A DNA stretch of 63,981 nt, filler included, from Reclinomonas americana ATCC 50394 (GCA_048213135.1; 14 parts of 14 records of this genome joined end to end with filler, not necessarily neighbours in it); one strand, 5' to 3'; shown: positions 12,368 through 25,966, numbered from the whole stretch's first letter. A program made the numbers and translations. Notes: generated by a model from the sequence alone, not told the origin.

Positions 12368-14066
12368 TCAGCACAGCGGCGACGCTGTGCTCGGAGTCGG
12401 TGGACTCACAGCACTAAACAACTGATCGTCGCCCGTGAGTCGCAACAAGCGTGAAGGTCGCAATCTCCGCAGTTTCCGCTGCGCAGGATCCTCTCCTGCC
12501 TCTTCTGCGTGCTTCGTCGGCGTGCTGGCCGGTGCGTTGTCGATGCAAAGGTCGCTGACTTGCTGCACTGGAGACGGCATCTTGTCGATCGAGTCCGTCG
12601 ACGTCGCCACAGTCGCTGCCTCCAGCTCGATCCGCGCCTTCTCCGCCGCTTGTGCCTCCACCAGTTGTCTGCTGGCCACAATCTCCGCGAGCGCCTTGTC
12701 CACCATGCGCCTGTCGTGGAGAATGCAACAATGAGCGACAACTAATCAACAGATAGAGAGAGAGAGAGAAGAAAGCGCACCGTCCAGAGTAAGCACCGGT
12801 GCCGTTGACGTCGACTGACGCGAGAACGCCGCCGGTGGCACTGTCCGCGACAATGCGTGCCACGCACTGGTGGCCACGAGTGCGGAACGGATTGTTGCGT
12901 AGCTCCCAGCAGCGCAACGCACCACGGCGCATCAACGCACAGAGAGCCGGCTCTGCGCGCAGCAGACCTTCCTCGCTGATCTCGCAGTCTGCGAGTGCGT
13001 GCGGATGTTTTTGGTAAGTCACACATTGTTTTGACGACCACAATCGCCGACACAAACCATTCAAGCGCAGTGTGGTCAGTGACGGGCACCGTGCAAGGCT
13101 CTCCATCAGCGTCGCAAAACTCCGCGCATTACTCAGGTTGTTGCCCGCTGTACGCGCGCGATGGATGATCTCAGAATGCAGAATATCGAAAGTCGACCCT
13201 CGCGCGCAAGCACGACGCAACAGAGGTCCAGTGTGGCAAGTGACGGCATCGCAGGCACCGCCATGGCCACCGCAAACACCCAGTCATGCACGTCGCTGTT
13301 GCACGACGCCAGCGAGAGCGTATGCAGTCGCGGACACCCGAGACCAACGGCGCACACCTGTCAGCGACGGAGTGAGCACGTGACAAAACTCTAACAGCTG
13401 ATGTCCTGCGTACCAGGTCACCCACTGCACGTCCACCGTGGCTGCCCACAAAGCAGCCTGCACAACGAGCAGAGTTGAGGAGGGGGGAAGATCAAGAGGC
13501 TCTCACTGCACTCACGTTCCACTCGCAGCGATTGCAGCGCGTGCATGTGTCGCACAGCTTCACTCAGGTCGCTCACGTCGTCCAGCAGAATATCAAAACC
13601 TGGAGGAGGAGTGTGTGTCAACATGTGATCTTCAGGAGTGTGTGTGTGCGAGACGTACCCTCCAGCTTCAGGTCTTCCAGTGCGGGGCACGAGGCGGCCA
13701 CTGCCGAGAAGAAGGCGTCGCTGCCAGTGGACTGCATGCAGCAATCTGTGCGTGTGTGTGTCGCGTGAGCAACCGTCCTCTCATTTCGCGCTCACTCGCC
13801 GTGCACACTCACATCGCATGTCCAGTGAACGCAGAGGCAGTCGCGCACCGTGGAGTGGCTGCTGCTGCAGGTGGTGCGTCAGGGCGTGGAAGGAGACATC
13901 ACCGAGACCGGTGACTGTGACGAGGGAAAGCGATCTTAGGACATTGACGCGGGACGCCTTCTTATGCCCCCCAACCCGAGTCGCTCTCTCTCTCACCCAC
14001 GATGGTTTCCTCGGTTCGCCACTCTTCGATCAACGACTCGGAAGCGTAAGCGTTGGGCGATGTCAT
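12368..14066 (-). CDS. RNI-like leucine-rich repeat protein
   Basis: CPRLHTLSL, MPSLATLDL, NNLSN, CPSLTTLRLN, WELRNNPF, LASVDVNGT across GT-AG introns; start inferred. Confidence 0.65.
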
Positions 14067-14445
14067 GGCGCGTTGTTGTGTTCGCTCACAAAAAATACTG
14101 GTAGTGTGTCTTAATTTCTCAAGTGGCGTCGGAAAAACACCACGGGACGAAACAAAGCAGGCTGGCACTGGCCACCGTGTGGCCCACGCGAAGCCTGCTT
14201 GATCGTGTGCGATCCAGTGACAAACTGCAAGTCGGAATCTGTTTGTTGACATGATTAGCGACGTAAACGTTCACTCACGCCAACGGTGCACCGCCGCAAC
14301 GCATCCACCGCGCCTGCCGACAGCCGTTCCCATATGCTCGGAGGACTGCGATGAATCAGCTGCTGCAGACGGTCCATCTCACGGGCCTGCGTGCGATACA
14401 CGAAACCTACTGTCCGCCTTGTATCGAAAAAATAACCTACACTAT

Positions 14446-16893
14446 TTACTTGCTCATTACTTGTACATACGTCGACGGCACAAGTCCCTCCTGCACATCA
14501 CACAGTGAGCGATCCACCGCATTCACAGATAGAACAGAATCGATCAATGAATGCACTGACCTGGTTCCGCTTGTTGACACCAAAGAACCAGTCGCCACTG
14601 TGTGCACAAAACGTGGTGAGCAGCGTGATTCGCGCGGAAGCCTGACAAGAATACGAAAAACGCACCGTCGCCACAGCAGATCGACGATTTCGCCTTCGTA
14701 CAATCTCAGCATGCGTGCATCGTCGGGGGCGTAATCGTACAACACCTGCGTGGCGAATCAGCGTGATCAATCCATGCTGTGCCTGTGTGCAACGCTACTC
14801 ACCAAGCACTGCGTTCCAGTAACATCCTCGTACGAGGGTGCCACTGCAGCCTGCGAGTTGTCGTTTGACGACTGCGCGTTATCGTTCGCAGCGATCGAGT
14901 TTGTGTTTGAGGCAGTTGCCGTCGCCTCCCTACTCGCGCCTGAATGCGCAGCTGGCGGCGCTGCCGCTGCCGTCGTGGTGGTGGTGGTGGCGGTGGTGGC
15001 GACAACTGGCGTGGAGGCTCGTAGACCCATGGAGGCCAGTGTGCGCTTCGCGCTCTCATCGAGATGCGAGTCGGAGCGTGCGGCCGACGCTGGGGCCGCC
15101 GCCGCTGCGGCAGGTCGCGCTGGACTGATTCGTCCGTTCGCCACCCCACCACCGCTCACTGCTGTTGCCGCCGCCGGCGACGATGACATGGCCATCGGTA
15201 GCGTCGTTTGTGAGTTGACGACACCTGTGCGCAGAACGCCAACAAAAAAAGCGTCAGTAAAAGTGTGTGTGTGTGCGCGTGCTTGTAAAGAACGCACCAC
15301 CACACTTGGCCTTGCGGAAAGCGGCGAGGCAGGCGTGCAACAGATTGCGTCGCTTCGTCTTCAAGTAGATGATCGGCTCACCCGGTGCGGCACGAATGGT
15401 CATCTCGTTGCCTGACGACAGCGACGGCGTGAACTCCACCACCGGCGTGAAGCGAATATGCGCAATGTCTGCTTCGCGGCCAAACACTCGCTTCTCGTAC
15501 AGCCGGAAACCCTATTGGGCGCTCTCACCATGTCAGAAAGAAACACTCGCCAGGTGCGCACTCGAGTAGAGACGCAACAGATGAGTCAATATCGAGTCGC
15601 ACTCGGCGCTCCTTGTGCTTACTGCTGCCAGCAGCCGTGTACACCTCGAACGCCACCTTGCCCTCGCGCATGTACTCTTGCACGTCGCGCTCCTCGGCCT
15701 CGGTAAGCGGAATGATTTCCTCTGCGGCGCAGCAGCCGGTGTACATGAGAACAACAGGAGAACACAGGCACATACGAGAAGAATCGACAACGTCGCACAC
15801 ACCACGGAAGAGCGACTCTTGCGGAACAAAAGCATTGGCAGAAAAGTTGCTGTTCATGGCCAGGATGGTGACCGATTGCTGCACGAGCCACATGCGAAGG
15901 GTGAGAGCAAGCCACCATCAACAAAGAGAAAACTAACGCACCGAATCATCCTTGGCGTGGATCGTGTTTCGTCGACGCTGAGGGCTCACTGCACCGCCAC
16001 CGTCCAGCGGATCGCGTGGCGAGATGCCTGAGGCGGCCGATGCAGGTGCCATGGTCAGCGGAGTGGCAGCTCGAACGACAGGTGCAGCAGCAGCTGGCGT
16101 CGCTGCTGGTGGTGCTGCCGCTGATGCCGCCGTCGCAGGTGGCGCTACTGCGACACCACTCTCCGCCGCCAGTCGCTCCTTCTCGTGCTTCAAAATCTCC
16201 ATCATCTCCACTCGTATGGCCTCCTCGGACTGCGCGCCCACCAACGACGACGATGGCGCATCGCCGATACTCGGCAACGCGTGCGCAGGTGCGCCACCAA
16301 CACCAACACCACCGGCAGCAGGCACAGCGTTCGGGCTGGTGGCGTTACCGCCGTCATCGTGGTGTTTCCTTCTTTGCAGCTTTTCGTGTATCCTTGCCTT
16401 GATGGCGTTGCGCTGCTGACTTGGATCGTCGGAGGGCCTCTGCATCTCAAAGTGGGCGAGAGGAAGAAGTGGAGACACACGTCCGTGGCAACCCCCACTC
16501 ACACGCACCTCATCGACACCACCATTCGCGTCACCGGCATCACTGCCGTTGGCGGACCTGGCGGACTTGGGTGAGGTATCGCTCGCACCAAGGGGTGGCG
16601 TCGACGACACGGTTTCGCGCTTGAGACGGGGCAGTCGTGGCGGCTCCACACCAGCACCCTCGACAGATTCGTCCAACGGGGTTCTCGCTCGTGCCGCCTC
16701 GAAACCCTGCCGCCTCGGCTGGTAATCTCGGCCCGACAGTGAGAGAGACTCACTCGGCACCGGCGACGCAGTCCGGCCACCACTCTCCGGCGAAGCGCGA
16801 TCATCCAGCAGTCGCTGCGCACGGGGTCAGACGAACCATTTCTTGCGTCCGAGCAAGCACGCAGTGGCAAGAACCTTGGCGGGAGACTTTGGT
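14446..16893 (-). CDS. Low-complexity protein with PH-like domain and C-terminal SH3 (5' end in gap)
   Basis: Last exons give LYDYAPDDARMLRLYEGEIVDLL|GDWFFG|EGLVPSTYVQ (SH3); upstream beta-rich domain ends in the helix RRNLLHACLAAF. Confidence 0.75.
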
Positions 16894-17179
16894 NNNNNNN
16901 NNNNNNNNNNNNNNNNNNNNNNNNNNNNNNNNNNNNNTTAATTAATTAANNNNNNNNNNNNNNNNNNNNNNNNNNNNNNNNNNNNNNNNNNNNACACGCG
17001 GACACAAAGAAGACGAGCCCGCCTCTCGCGAAATTTCACCAACTCATCCTTCTCACCCTCACATGCGGCGGCGATCGGACCACGAGCGAGTGTGGAGCGC
17101 GGGAGAGGCGGCCGCCGCTCGCTGCCGTTATTCGCGCAATGGCGTTGTGCTGCACTACCGTCGTGGTGGGTGCGCTCTC

Positions 17180-18668
17180 ATGACCATGCTGGTCATTCCG
17201 TGTCTGGGTCTGCTGGTGGCCTGGGCGGTGGCCGCCAGTGCCACCTTTCGTTGCGTTATTATCTTGTGCTGGTGCGTGTGTGTGTGTCTGTCGCTCACTG
17301 GTGCGCAGAGGTGACGTGGACGTACACGCCGAGCAACTTTTCGCTGTTTCCCAAGTACTCGACCACGGGCTCGCGAGTGGTGAACGTGCACGTGCAGGCC
17401 ACGTCGTTCAATGCACCGACGGCGTCGCCGTATTTGATGATTGCGGGGACGGGGCCCAAGTACTACAACATCCTGTATGGCGTCGATATGAACACGCAGT
17501 ACACGGAGACGCTGCGGTTGACGACGTCGGCCATCAATCAGAACGGACAAGTGTGGGTCAATGAGCGGCTGCCGGTGTCGGACTCGTGGCGGTCGACGTT
17601 CCGCTTCCGCTTGTCGCGCGATCATGCGCGGATCAATCGGTGCTTTGACTGCTTGGATGCCAACACGCCCGACGCCACCGATCATCACCTCCCGTACAAT
17701 GTCGGCGAGGGATTCGCCTTTGTCATCTACAACACCAAGCGTGGCACGCAGCCGCTGCTCGGTGGCGGCGGCTCGCAGCTCGGCTACGGCAACTTGAAGA
17801 ATCTGCTGGCTGTGGAGTTTGACTTTCGCCTGTCGACCGACTTGCTGGATCCGAGCATGGCACACATTAGCGTGCGCTCGCAGGGCGACCAGGTGTGTGG
17901 GGGAGAGAGGAGCGTGTCTTGCTGTGCGTGTGTGTTGATTGCTTCTATGTACTGCAGTTGGTGACGGCCACACACGCGCTACCGTTTCCGCCCACTCCAC
18001 CACCAGCGTTTGGCACGTCGCTACAGTTCTCGGGAGACCAGTCGTACGCGCAGTACAGCTGGGAGAACAAGTACTCGCTGGTCAACTACTTGTCGCCGAA
18101 CGTGACGCCACCGTACTCGTTTGCGCACATTCCCGAGGTCTACGACAGTCACGTGCACAAGGTCGACATTCAGTACGACAACAAGATTCGCCGACTGCAG
18201 GTCTTCATGGACGACAGCCCCATTCCGGCGCTCACCAACACAGTGGATCTGCGCAACACGGTCATCCTCAACCAGTCCGACAAGTGCCCCTACAACGACA
18301 GCTGTCTGTGGTGCACCGAGGACTACGACGATCCCGGCTGGCTCTACTCCAATTGTCGCTGCGGCGGGCAAGACGGCGCACTGATCTACGACATTGACCT
18401 GCGGCCGATCAACAACATCATGACACGCGCCGCCTACAGGATCGTCGTCATCAAGGGCAACCGCGGCGGCAACCAGTGGCCCGACTGGGGCAAGTGCTAC
18501 CCGTGTCAGTACCGCATCGCCTGCGCGGCCTGGGTCGGCTTCACTGCCACCACCGGCAGCACCACCGACGCCGTGTCCAATCTGGACTTGTACGACTGGA
18601 CGTTTGACGGCACCTCGGTGCTCGATCCAACCACGCGCTGGATCCAGAACTGGGCCGGCAACGTCTGA
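17180..18668 (+). CDS. Secreted L-type (legume/ConA-like) lectin-domain protein
   Basis: Signal peptide MTMLVIPCLGLLVAWAVAASA; LRLT..NQNGQVW, STFRF, GEGFAFVI, GGGGSQLGY, LAVEFD, HISV, AWVGFTATTG. Confidence 0.85.
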
Positions 18669-18712
18669 GTGAAAACCACGAGGAAAATTTGTTTTGTTTC
18701 TTGTTGTTGTGC

Positions 18713-19462
18713 ATGGCCGCGAGCGCAGAGAGCAGCAGTGCGCGAGTGGAGGATGAAGAGGGGGAGGATACCGAGGTGGAGGCCCACATCACTGCCATGA
18801 TCGAGCGCGGCGAGTGGACTGTTGAGTGCAGCGAGAGAGAGTGACGAGCCTGTCTATCGCGCTGACATGCAGTGTGCCAGGTGGACAAGGCCTCACAGGC
18901 GTTCATCCTCAGTCTGGGCATGTACCCGGTGCTGACGCGCTCACTGGGTGGCGCGCAGACCACTCGTTGCGTTGTGTGATCATCGCTGAACAACAACAAC
19001 AACAAGCCCTCTCACATCGCGTGTGCACACAGGCTCCGTCCTGTCAGTGGTTCTGGCCGCACGCGACCCCTCCTCCACCTCCACCTCCACCTCCACCTCC
19101 TCCATCGACATGGAGACGGCGCTGTTCACGGCCCTCATGGACGAGTGGAACGCGATTGTCCGTCGCGTCTTTGCGCAACTGGAGCTGTGCGCTCGCTCCA
19201 CCTCCTCCTCCTCGGCATCACCCAAGGAACGCGAGGAGCTTCTGATCCGCGCATACGTGCGTGGAGCACTCGACCTGGAGATGAAGGTCCTCGATCCGCT
19301 GCGCCAGTTAACGTCGCACATTGAGGGCCAAAGCGCGCTGGACGAGTTGCTGCCCATGGCCGCTGCTGGCATGCGACTACACGATGATGGTTTGTTAGGC
19401 TGCAGCTTCTGTTGCTTCCCTTCTTGTCTTTTTTATGATGTCGACGTTGTGCGCAGAATGAG
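18713..19462 (+). CDS. Hypothetical helical protein
   Basis: GC3-rich exon METALFTALMDEWNAIVRRVFAQLEL...; the 5' exon structure is uncertain and may need GC donors. Confidence 0.5.
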
Positions 19463-19641
19463 CTGTTCTCGATCAGCAGCAGCGACCGTCGTCGAATGCG
19501 CTGGCCGTGTATAGAAAGCACACACACGCATGTACGCAGCTGACGAAAGCCTGGCTGGCTTTCGTTGTGATAAATGAGTGAACCTCGACGCGCGCGCGTG
19601 TCCTCTGAGTCACTCGCCGCATCTTTCTGCGTTGACGCACA

Positions 19642-20750
19642 ATGTCTTCGGCATCGAGCAGCACTGTGAGCTTTGCGGCCTCCACCACCACTGCGCATCT
19701 GGAGGAGCGCTACATGACAGAGTTGCGCGTTGTCTCACGCGCGCAATATACACACACACACGTGAAATGCGCGAAAAGAAGACAGTTGACCAGTTGCACT
19801 TTGTGAGAGCTTGTGCGCGCAAGTCTGAGTGTGTGTGCGCCTGTGCGCGTCTCTCTCACTCTTCACTCTCGCTGTGTGAGAAGTCGTTCATATGGCTTTC
19901 CCGCGCGCCATGGCTTCCTCTCCCTCTCACACACACGCTGTCTCTCTCTCTCACACACACACTCACACTGTTTCACTCACTGTTTCATTGTGGTTTCGTC
20001 ATTGCCAGTCGCATCGGCAGCGAAATCTTCTGCTTGCGATTCTCGACTGATGGACACTATGTCGCGTGCGGTTGTGGCGATGCCTCAGTGAAGGTCAGTG
20101 TGCTCTCTGTCTCTCTCACATACATTCTCTCCTCATTCATCGATCACCATGCTCAATTTGGTTTTTGCGATGAAAGGTGTTTTCGACGGCTGACGGTCAA
20201 AAGGTCTACAACATGGATCTCAAGCCGGAGCGCGGTGTGCCACTGCCTGTGACATGCATGCGATTCCGTCCCAGCTCAGTGTCGCGCTCCAAGAACATTC
20301 TCCTCTGCGCCAGTTGCGTTTGAAAGGAGAAGACGACGAAGAAGGAGAGGAGTGGGACTCGCGCTGGCTCACTCTCCCCTCCTCACCTTCTGCTTTTCGC
20401 TGCCTTCCCTGTTTACTCTCCACTGTGCTCTCTCTCTCTCTCTCTCTGTTCACTACATTCCATCTTTCTTCCTCTGTCCTCCACCACGCTCTCTCTTTGT
20501 CCGGACCTGCTCTGCTTCACTCTCCTCGCCTTCCTCACCTTTTGCTTCCGCATTCACAAGCTTCTTTCGTTGTTCCCTGTTTACTCTCCACTGTGTTCTT
20601 CTCTTTCTTTTCCCTCTCTCTCTTTATCGCTATCTTGCTCTCCTTCTATCTTGCTCTCGACCCACTCTGGTTCTCTATCCTCTCCTTCCTCACCTGTCAC
20701 CTGTCCACCTTTCTACTCTCATTTTCTGTCTGCTTCCACTGTCTTCTTCT

Positions 20751-20826
<76 letters not shown>

Positions 20827-20952
20827 NNNNNNNNNNNNNNNNNNNNNNNNNNNNNNNNNNNNNNNNNNNNTTAATTAATTAANNNNNNNNNNNNNNNNNN
20901 NNNNNNNNNNNNNNNNNNNNNNNNNNGTTCTTCGTCTTCCTACTCGTCTTCT

Positions 20953-21000
<48 letters not shown>

Positions 21001-21941
21001 ACCTTCTCTCTCATCCCCCTTCCCCACCTTGCAGCCGCCAACGGCACGGTGGAGCACTGGCATCTTGGCTCGGCGAAGCGAGTGTCGTGCATCACGGAGC
21101 CCGGCAATCAGGTGTTTGGTTTGGACTACCATCGTAACGGGAGCACCTTTGCGACGGCCGGCAGCGACTTCAAGATCCGCATCTACGACGAGGGCACCAA
21201 GGAGAAGACGCAGACGCTGGAGGGTGGTCACGGTCAGGAGACGGCCGGACACTCGAATCGTGTGTTCTCGGTCAAGTTCCACCCCGAGGACGACAATCTG
21301 CTGATGTCGGCCGGCTGGGATAACACGGTGCAGATCTGGGACACGCGTGTGGACTACTCGGTGCGCTCCATCTACGGACCACACATTTGCGGCGACGCCA
21401 TTGACATGTACGGCAACCTGCTGCTGACGGCATCGTGGCGGCGCGAGGAGCAAGTGCAGGTGCGTGTGTCGCCACCGCCTCATGTAAGTCTTCGCTTGCT
21501 TCTCCCTCTCACGTGTGGCAGATCTGGGACTTTGGCACGGGCGAGCTCATCAAGAACGTGCGCATGCCGAAGCTGGCACAGGGCGAGATGCAACCGTACT
21601 GCGCCGAGTTCAGTCACGACGGCAAGTTCTTTGCGGTGGCCGGCTCACACTCGTTCGAGGGTCTCCTCTTCAACACCTCCACGTTGAAGTGCGAGGCGTC
21701 GGTGTTTGGCATGGAGGACTCGTTGTACTCGCTGAATTTTTCACCCGACGACGAGTGCCTCGCGTTTGGTGGTGCCAGTGGACAACTCAATGTGCAGGTG
21801 AGTGTCGTGTGTGCGTGGGGAAGTGGTGGTTTTGCATATTGCTGATGAATGGGATCGCGTGGGACGCAGAATGTGGTGCGAAGAAGCGGATATGCGGACC
21901 CCGACAGTCCACGGTTGGGCGAGAGTGCCGTGTCACCGTGA
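19642..21941 (+). CDS. WD40-repeat protein (one intron spans the 20827 gap)
   Basis: EIFCLRFSTDG, FATAGSDFKIRIYD, GHSNRVFSVKF, SAGWDNTVQIWD, IWDF repeats. Confidence 0.88.
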
Positions 21942-22197
21942 TGCTCTTTTTCTGCTTTCTCCTTTCGTTGCCTCACTTCTCTCACACTCTCTCTCCATCT
22001 TTTGTATGTTTCATTTGCTTTTTTCTCCCCTTTGATCGACCGTTCGCTTCACCGGGTCCCTCTCCCCTCTCTTTCCCCCCGACACTCGTGTAAAATCGTA
22101 AAGTAGCGAGGCCGATGCGTATATTCCGCCACCGACGATACCACCACAACAACATTATGAACATACACAGAATCCACAACGACCTGCAGCAACGCGA

Positions 22198-23426
22198 TTA
22201 ATTGGTCCACTTCAGGGCAAACCACGCAGCGACCGACAGGACAGCCACGCCTGCCGCCGCCGAGTAAAACCTGTGAGGGAAAGAGGAGAGAGAGAGGGTT
22301 ATCATGCAGATTGTCACAAATGCTTGCGCGGAAATGGACGCACCGAAAAGTACGACTGCGTTTCCACAACCGCTGCAAAAAGTTGACCCCGCGCTTCCGC
22401 AGCGCCAACTCGGACCACTCACACAGCACCTCGTTCTGCAACTGCAGGGGAACACCCTCCTGTCGCATGTACAGCAGCGAGTCGTCCAGTGGTGCCAGTG
22501 GTGACCGCTCACTGGCCACCCTCTCGAGCTTCCACAGAGGCCACATGACGCGCAGCGACGCCGCTCGCACCAGCAGCGAATCAAAGTCGGCGTCGGCTGG
22601 GAAGTGCTGCAGGTGATGGTGCAGCTGCACAACAGAGAGAGGAAGCAGAGTGAATGATCCACACTACTCCATCTTTCTTTTCTAAGTGTGCTCACCATGG
22701 CCGCATCGCACTCCACAGCCAACAACTCATCACGCTGCGACAGTACCACCTGATTCCACGACGTCAGTACGGAAGGAGGAGTGAGAAGCATCAAGAGATG
22801 TGTGGTTGGTACGCACCGCCACGGACAAGTAGAGGCAAAAGTCTGGCGGCTGCGAGAGCAGCACGTCGTACACGCGGCACACATCGTCGTAGTCGTCGAC
22901 CACGTGACTGAACCAGGTGAGGATCCAGCTTAATGCAAAGTACGCCTGCCCGCGCACACACACGCACACAAAGGTGAGGATCTTCACCGCCCTCCCCCCT
23001 CCCTCCCTCGCAAAAAATCTGACCTCCAGTCGTGCCTCGTGCAGGTGCTCAAAGAGCTCCTTGTCCAGCGCCTCGATCGCCGGAATCAGCAGACGCAACA
23101 GCGAGATCACCGGCTCAAAGTCCGTGCGCATGCTCTCCCGCACATAGTACTCACACAGACGATCGATGGCGTAGTAGGCCAGCGATTCGCCAAGTGTGAG
23201 GTACAATACCCCACAGAGCTCGTGGAAACCCTGTCGGCGCGGATGCAAGTCAGTCTACTGCGTGTCTGCATGCTCGTTCCAGTCCACCAATCCACACCTG
23301 AAAGTAGTACAGCGACGGCTGTCTCTCCATGGTGCGATGCACCAGGCGGTACAGCACCTTTTGCTCCCGGTCTCGCAACCTGTGTCACAAATCACAAACT
23401 GACACCAGCACGTGCTTGTTTGCTGC
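22198..23426 (-). CDS. TBC1D20: TBC1D20/Gyp8-like Rab GAP with C-terminal TM anchor (5' end in gap)
   Basis: GFHEL after a splice, YFALSWILTWFSHVV, RVYDVLL, LYLSVA, and terminal hydrophobic AAAGVAVLSVAAWF. Confidence 0.75.
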
Positions 23427-23570
23427 NNNNNNNNNNNNNNNNNNNNNNNNNNNNNNNNNNNNNNNNNNNNTTAATTAATTAANNNNNNNNNNNNNNNNNN
23501 NNNNNNNNNNNNNNNNNNNNNNNNNNTTTTCATCTTGTTGTCTGTGTTGTGTTTCTACGAGAGGATAGGC

Positions 23571-24799
23571 ATGCCGCTGCAAAAGGTGTACATGACACAT
23601 GAGGTGTTCCTCACGGGCGTGCTGCACGCGCTGACCACCGAGAAGGAGGAAGTGATGGGATTGTGCCTCGGGTCCATTGATCATGTTGCGCGCGTGCTCT
23701 CTCTCTTCCACACACACACAACGCACGACACACTGTGTAGACAGTCTTGTGTCCACTGCTCTGCGCTGTGTGCGTGCGCTGTTGTCCGAGGAGTCGGGCA
23801 TTTCGCGCACTCACTCACCTTCTCTTCTTCTTCTCCTCACACACACACACACACACACAGGAGACCAGTGTGTGCCGCGTGTGGGGCATCTGCCATCTGG
23901 AGCGCTCCGACCGACGCACCGATCGCGTGGAAGTGAGCCCGGAGCAGCTGTCACTGGCCGCAGTGGAGGCAGAAGTTGCGCGTGAAGATAGAGAGACACT
24001 GTAATCATCACAGTCAAAACTCACTCTTTCCCACGCACACAGCGCGTGACAGCGGCCACTGGGCGTCCCACCTCTGTGGTGGGCTGGTACCACTCGCACC
24101 CGCACATGACATGCCGCCCGTCGCACGTGGATTTGCGGTACCAGGCCGACATGCAAATGCTCGACTCGGGCTTCATTGGCCTCATCTTCTCCGTCTTCAA
24201 TGACGACCAGCACGGCAAGAGCCGCATTCAGGTGCATGCGTGGCAGTCGGTGGAGGATCTGCAGCCGGCGGCGTCGAGTCATCGCGGCGGATCGTCGTCC
24301 ATGGCCGGCATGTATGGCATGGGAATGACGGAGGCGGAGCTGCTGGAGTTTACGGCCATGGAGGCGCAGGCGTCGTCGGATGGGTGGCGTGAGCATGAGG
24401 TGCCGATTGAGTTCTTTGACGACGAGCCCGGCATGTGCGATCTGTACAAGCGTCTCGTCACGCTCATGCGTATCTTTTACACCGAGGAGAAGAAGGTGTA
24501 TCAGACGCAGGTCAATGTGGCGCTGCCGGGCACGCCCGCCACCCCTCCCGTCACCGGACCACAAAAGAGGTACGCTCTCTCTCTCTTCCTCGTTGCGTGT
24601 GTGGATCTCTGATACTCTCTCCACGCGCAGTGCATACACGCGGTTGCATCACGCCGCCGTCTTCCAAAAGTCGGCCTCCAAGCTGCTCGAGTGCCTGTAC
24701 GCGCCACTCAAGCGCGCCCTCACCAACCTGCTGCTGGAGAACCAGAGGAAACTCACTCATCTCGATCAGGCGCTGGCCGCTGCTGCAGATGACAAGTGA
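23571..24799 (+). CDS. BRCC3: BRCC36-like JAMM/MPN+ K63 deubiquitinase
   Basis: HALTTEKEEVMGLCLG, RSDRRTDRVEVSPEQL, GWYHSHPH..RPSHVD, FIGLIFSVF; C-terminal coiled coil. Confidence 0.9.
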
Positions 24800-25485
24800 A
24801 TAAAAACCGCTACAACTACAAACAAGTATGTGTGGTATTCTTCTTCTCCATCTCGGAAGAGGATACAGACTGACAGATGCACAACAACTACGAAACGGGT
24901 ACAGGTGTGGTGATCCAGTTGCTCAATGGCCCTTCTCTCTCTCTCTCTCTCTTCCCACCCCCAGCAACAACGAGAAGCAAAACAAGTGTGTTCTCTTATC
25001 TCTTCCCATTCCAACAACTGCAGGTATTCTTCCTTTCGCTCTCTCTCTCTCTCTTGTTGATGACCTGCCTCTTCTCACCCCAAGCGAATGCGCAACAACT
25101 GAGCAGGTGTGGTGTTCTTCTCTAGCTCTTCCCATCCCAAGAACACACAGCAACATCTTCAACATACAGGCTTTCTTTCTGTCTTCTTCCCATCCCAAGC
25201 GAAACAAAAGGTACAGCTATTCTTCCGCTTGTTCAATAAGCGCCACCCTCACTTGTCTCCACTCTAAATCTATTGCTGGTGACTCTCGCCCACCCCAAAG
25301 TGATAATCTTCGCGTCTCGGCGATCAAGTGGGGGGTTTGGCTTTGATGAAAAGCCATTGTAGAAAAAAGTTGAAGAAGAGAGGCGAGCGGCCGGGCGAGG
25401 CAAGCTCAATGCCCGCCCGTTGTCCACCGCACCCCATCATCGAGTGCGTCACACACCAAACACACACACACACAGAGGTGTGTGT

Positions 25486-25966
25486 TTAGTAGGGCTGCGA
25501 CTGCGACGACTGGCCACCCTCGGCGCCCTTGCCCTTCTTCTTGGGCAGCAGCGAGCCGTGAATGTGCGGAATGACGCCACCCTGGGCAATCGTGACGTTC
25601 TTCAGCAGCTTGTTGAGCTCCTCGTCGTTGCGGACGGCCAACTGAATGTGGCGCGGCACAATGCGCGACTTCTTGTTGTCGCGAGCGGCGTTGCCGGCGA
25701 GCTCGAGAATCTCAGCCGCCAGGTACTCCAGCACCGCGGCCAGGTACACAGGGGCGCCAGCGCCAATGCGCTCAGCGTAGTTGCCCGACTTGAGGAAACG
25801 AGCCAGACGACCCACAGGGAACTGCAGGCCGGCGCGGGCGGAGCGCGAGATCGCCTTGTTCTTGCTCTTTGCAGACTTGTCCTTGCCTGTGACAACACAA
25901 CGAGTAAGCATATGTGTGTCTGTGTGTGTGACGACGACGATGACGAATGGATCACTCACCAGACAT
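25486..25966 (-). CDS. H2A: Histone H2A, H2A.X-like (C-terminal SQPY); intron 25887-25959
   Basis: [63 protein letters not shown] across a 73-nt GT-AG intron. Confidence 0.97.

Noticed and set aside
17155..18003. Long antisense ORFs over real exons (here and elsewhere)
   Set aside because: Expected shadow frames of GC3-rich coding sequence.
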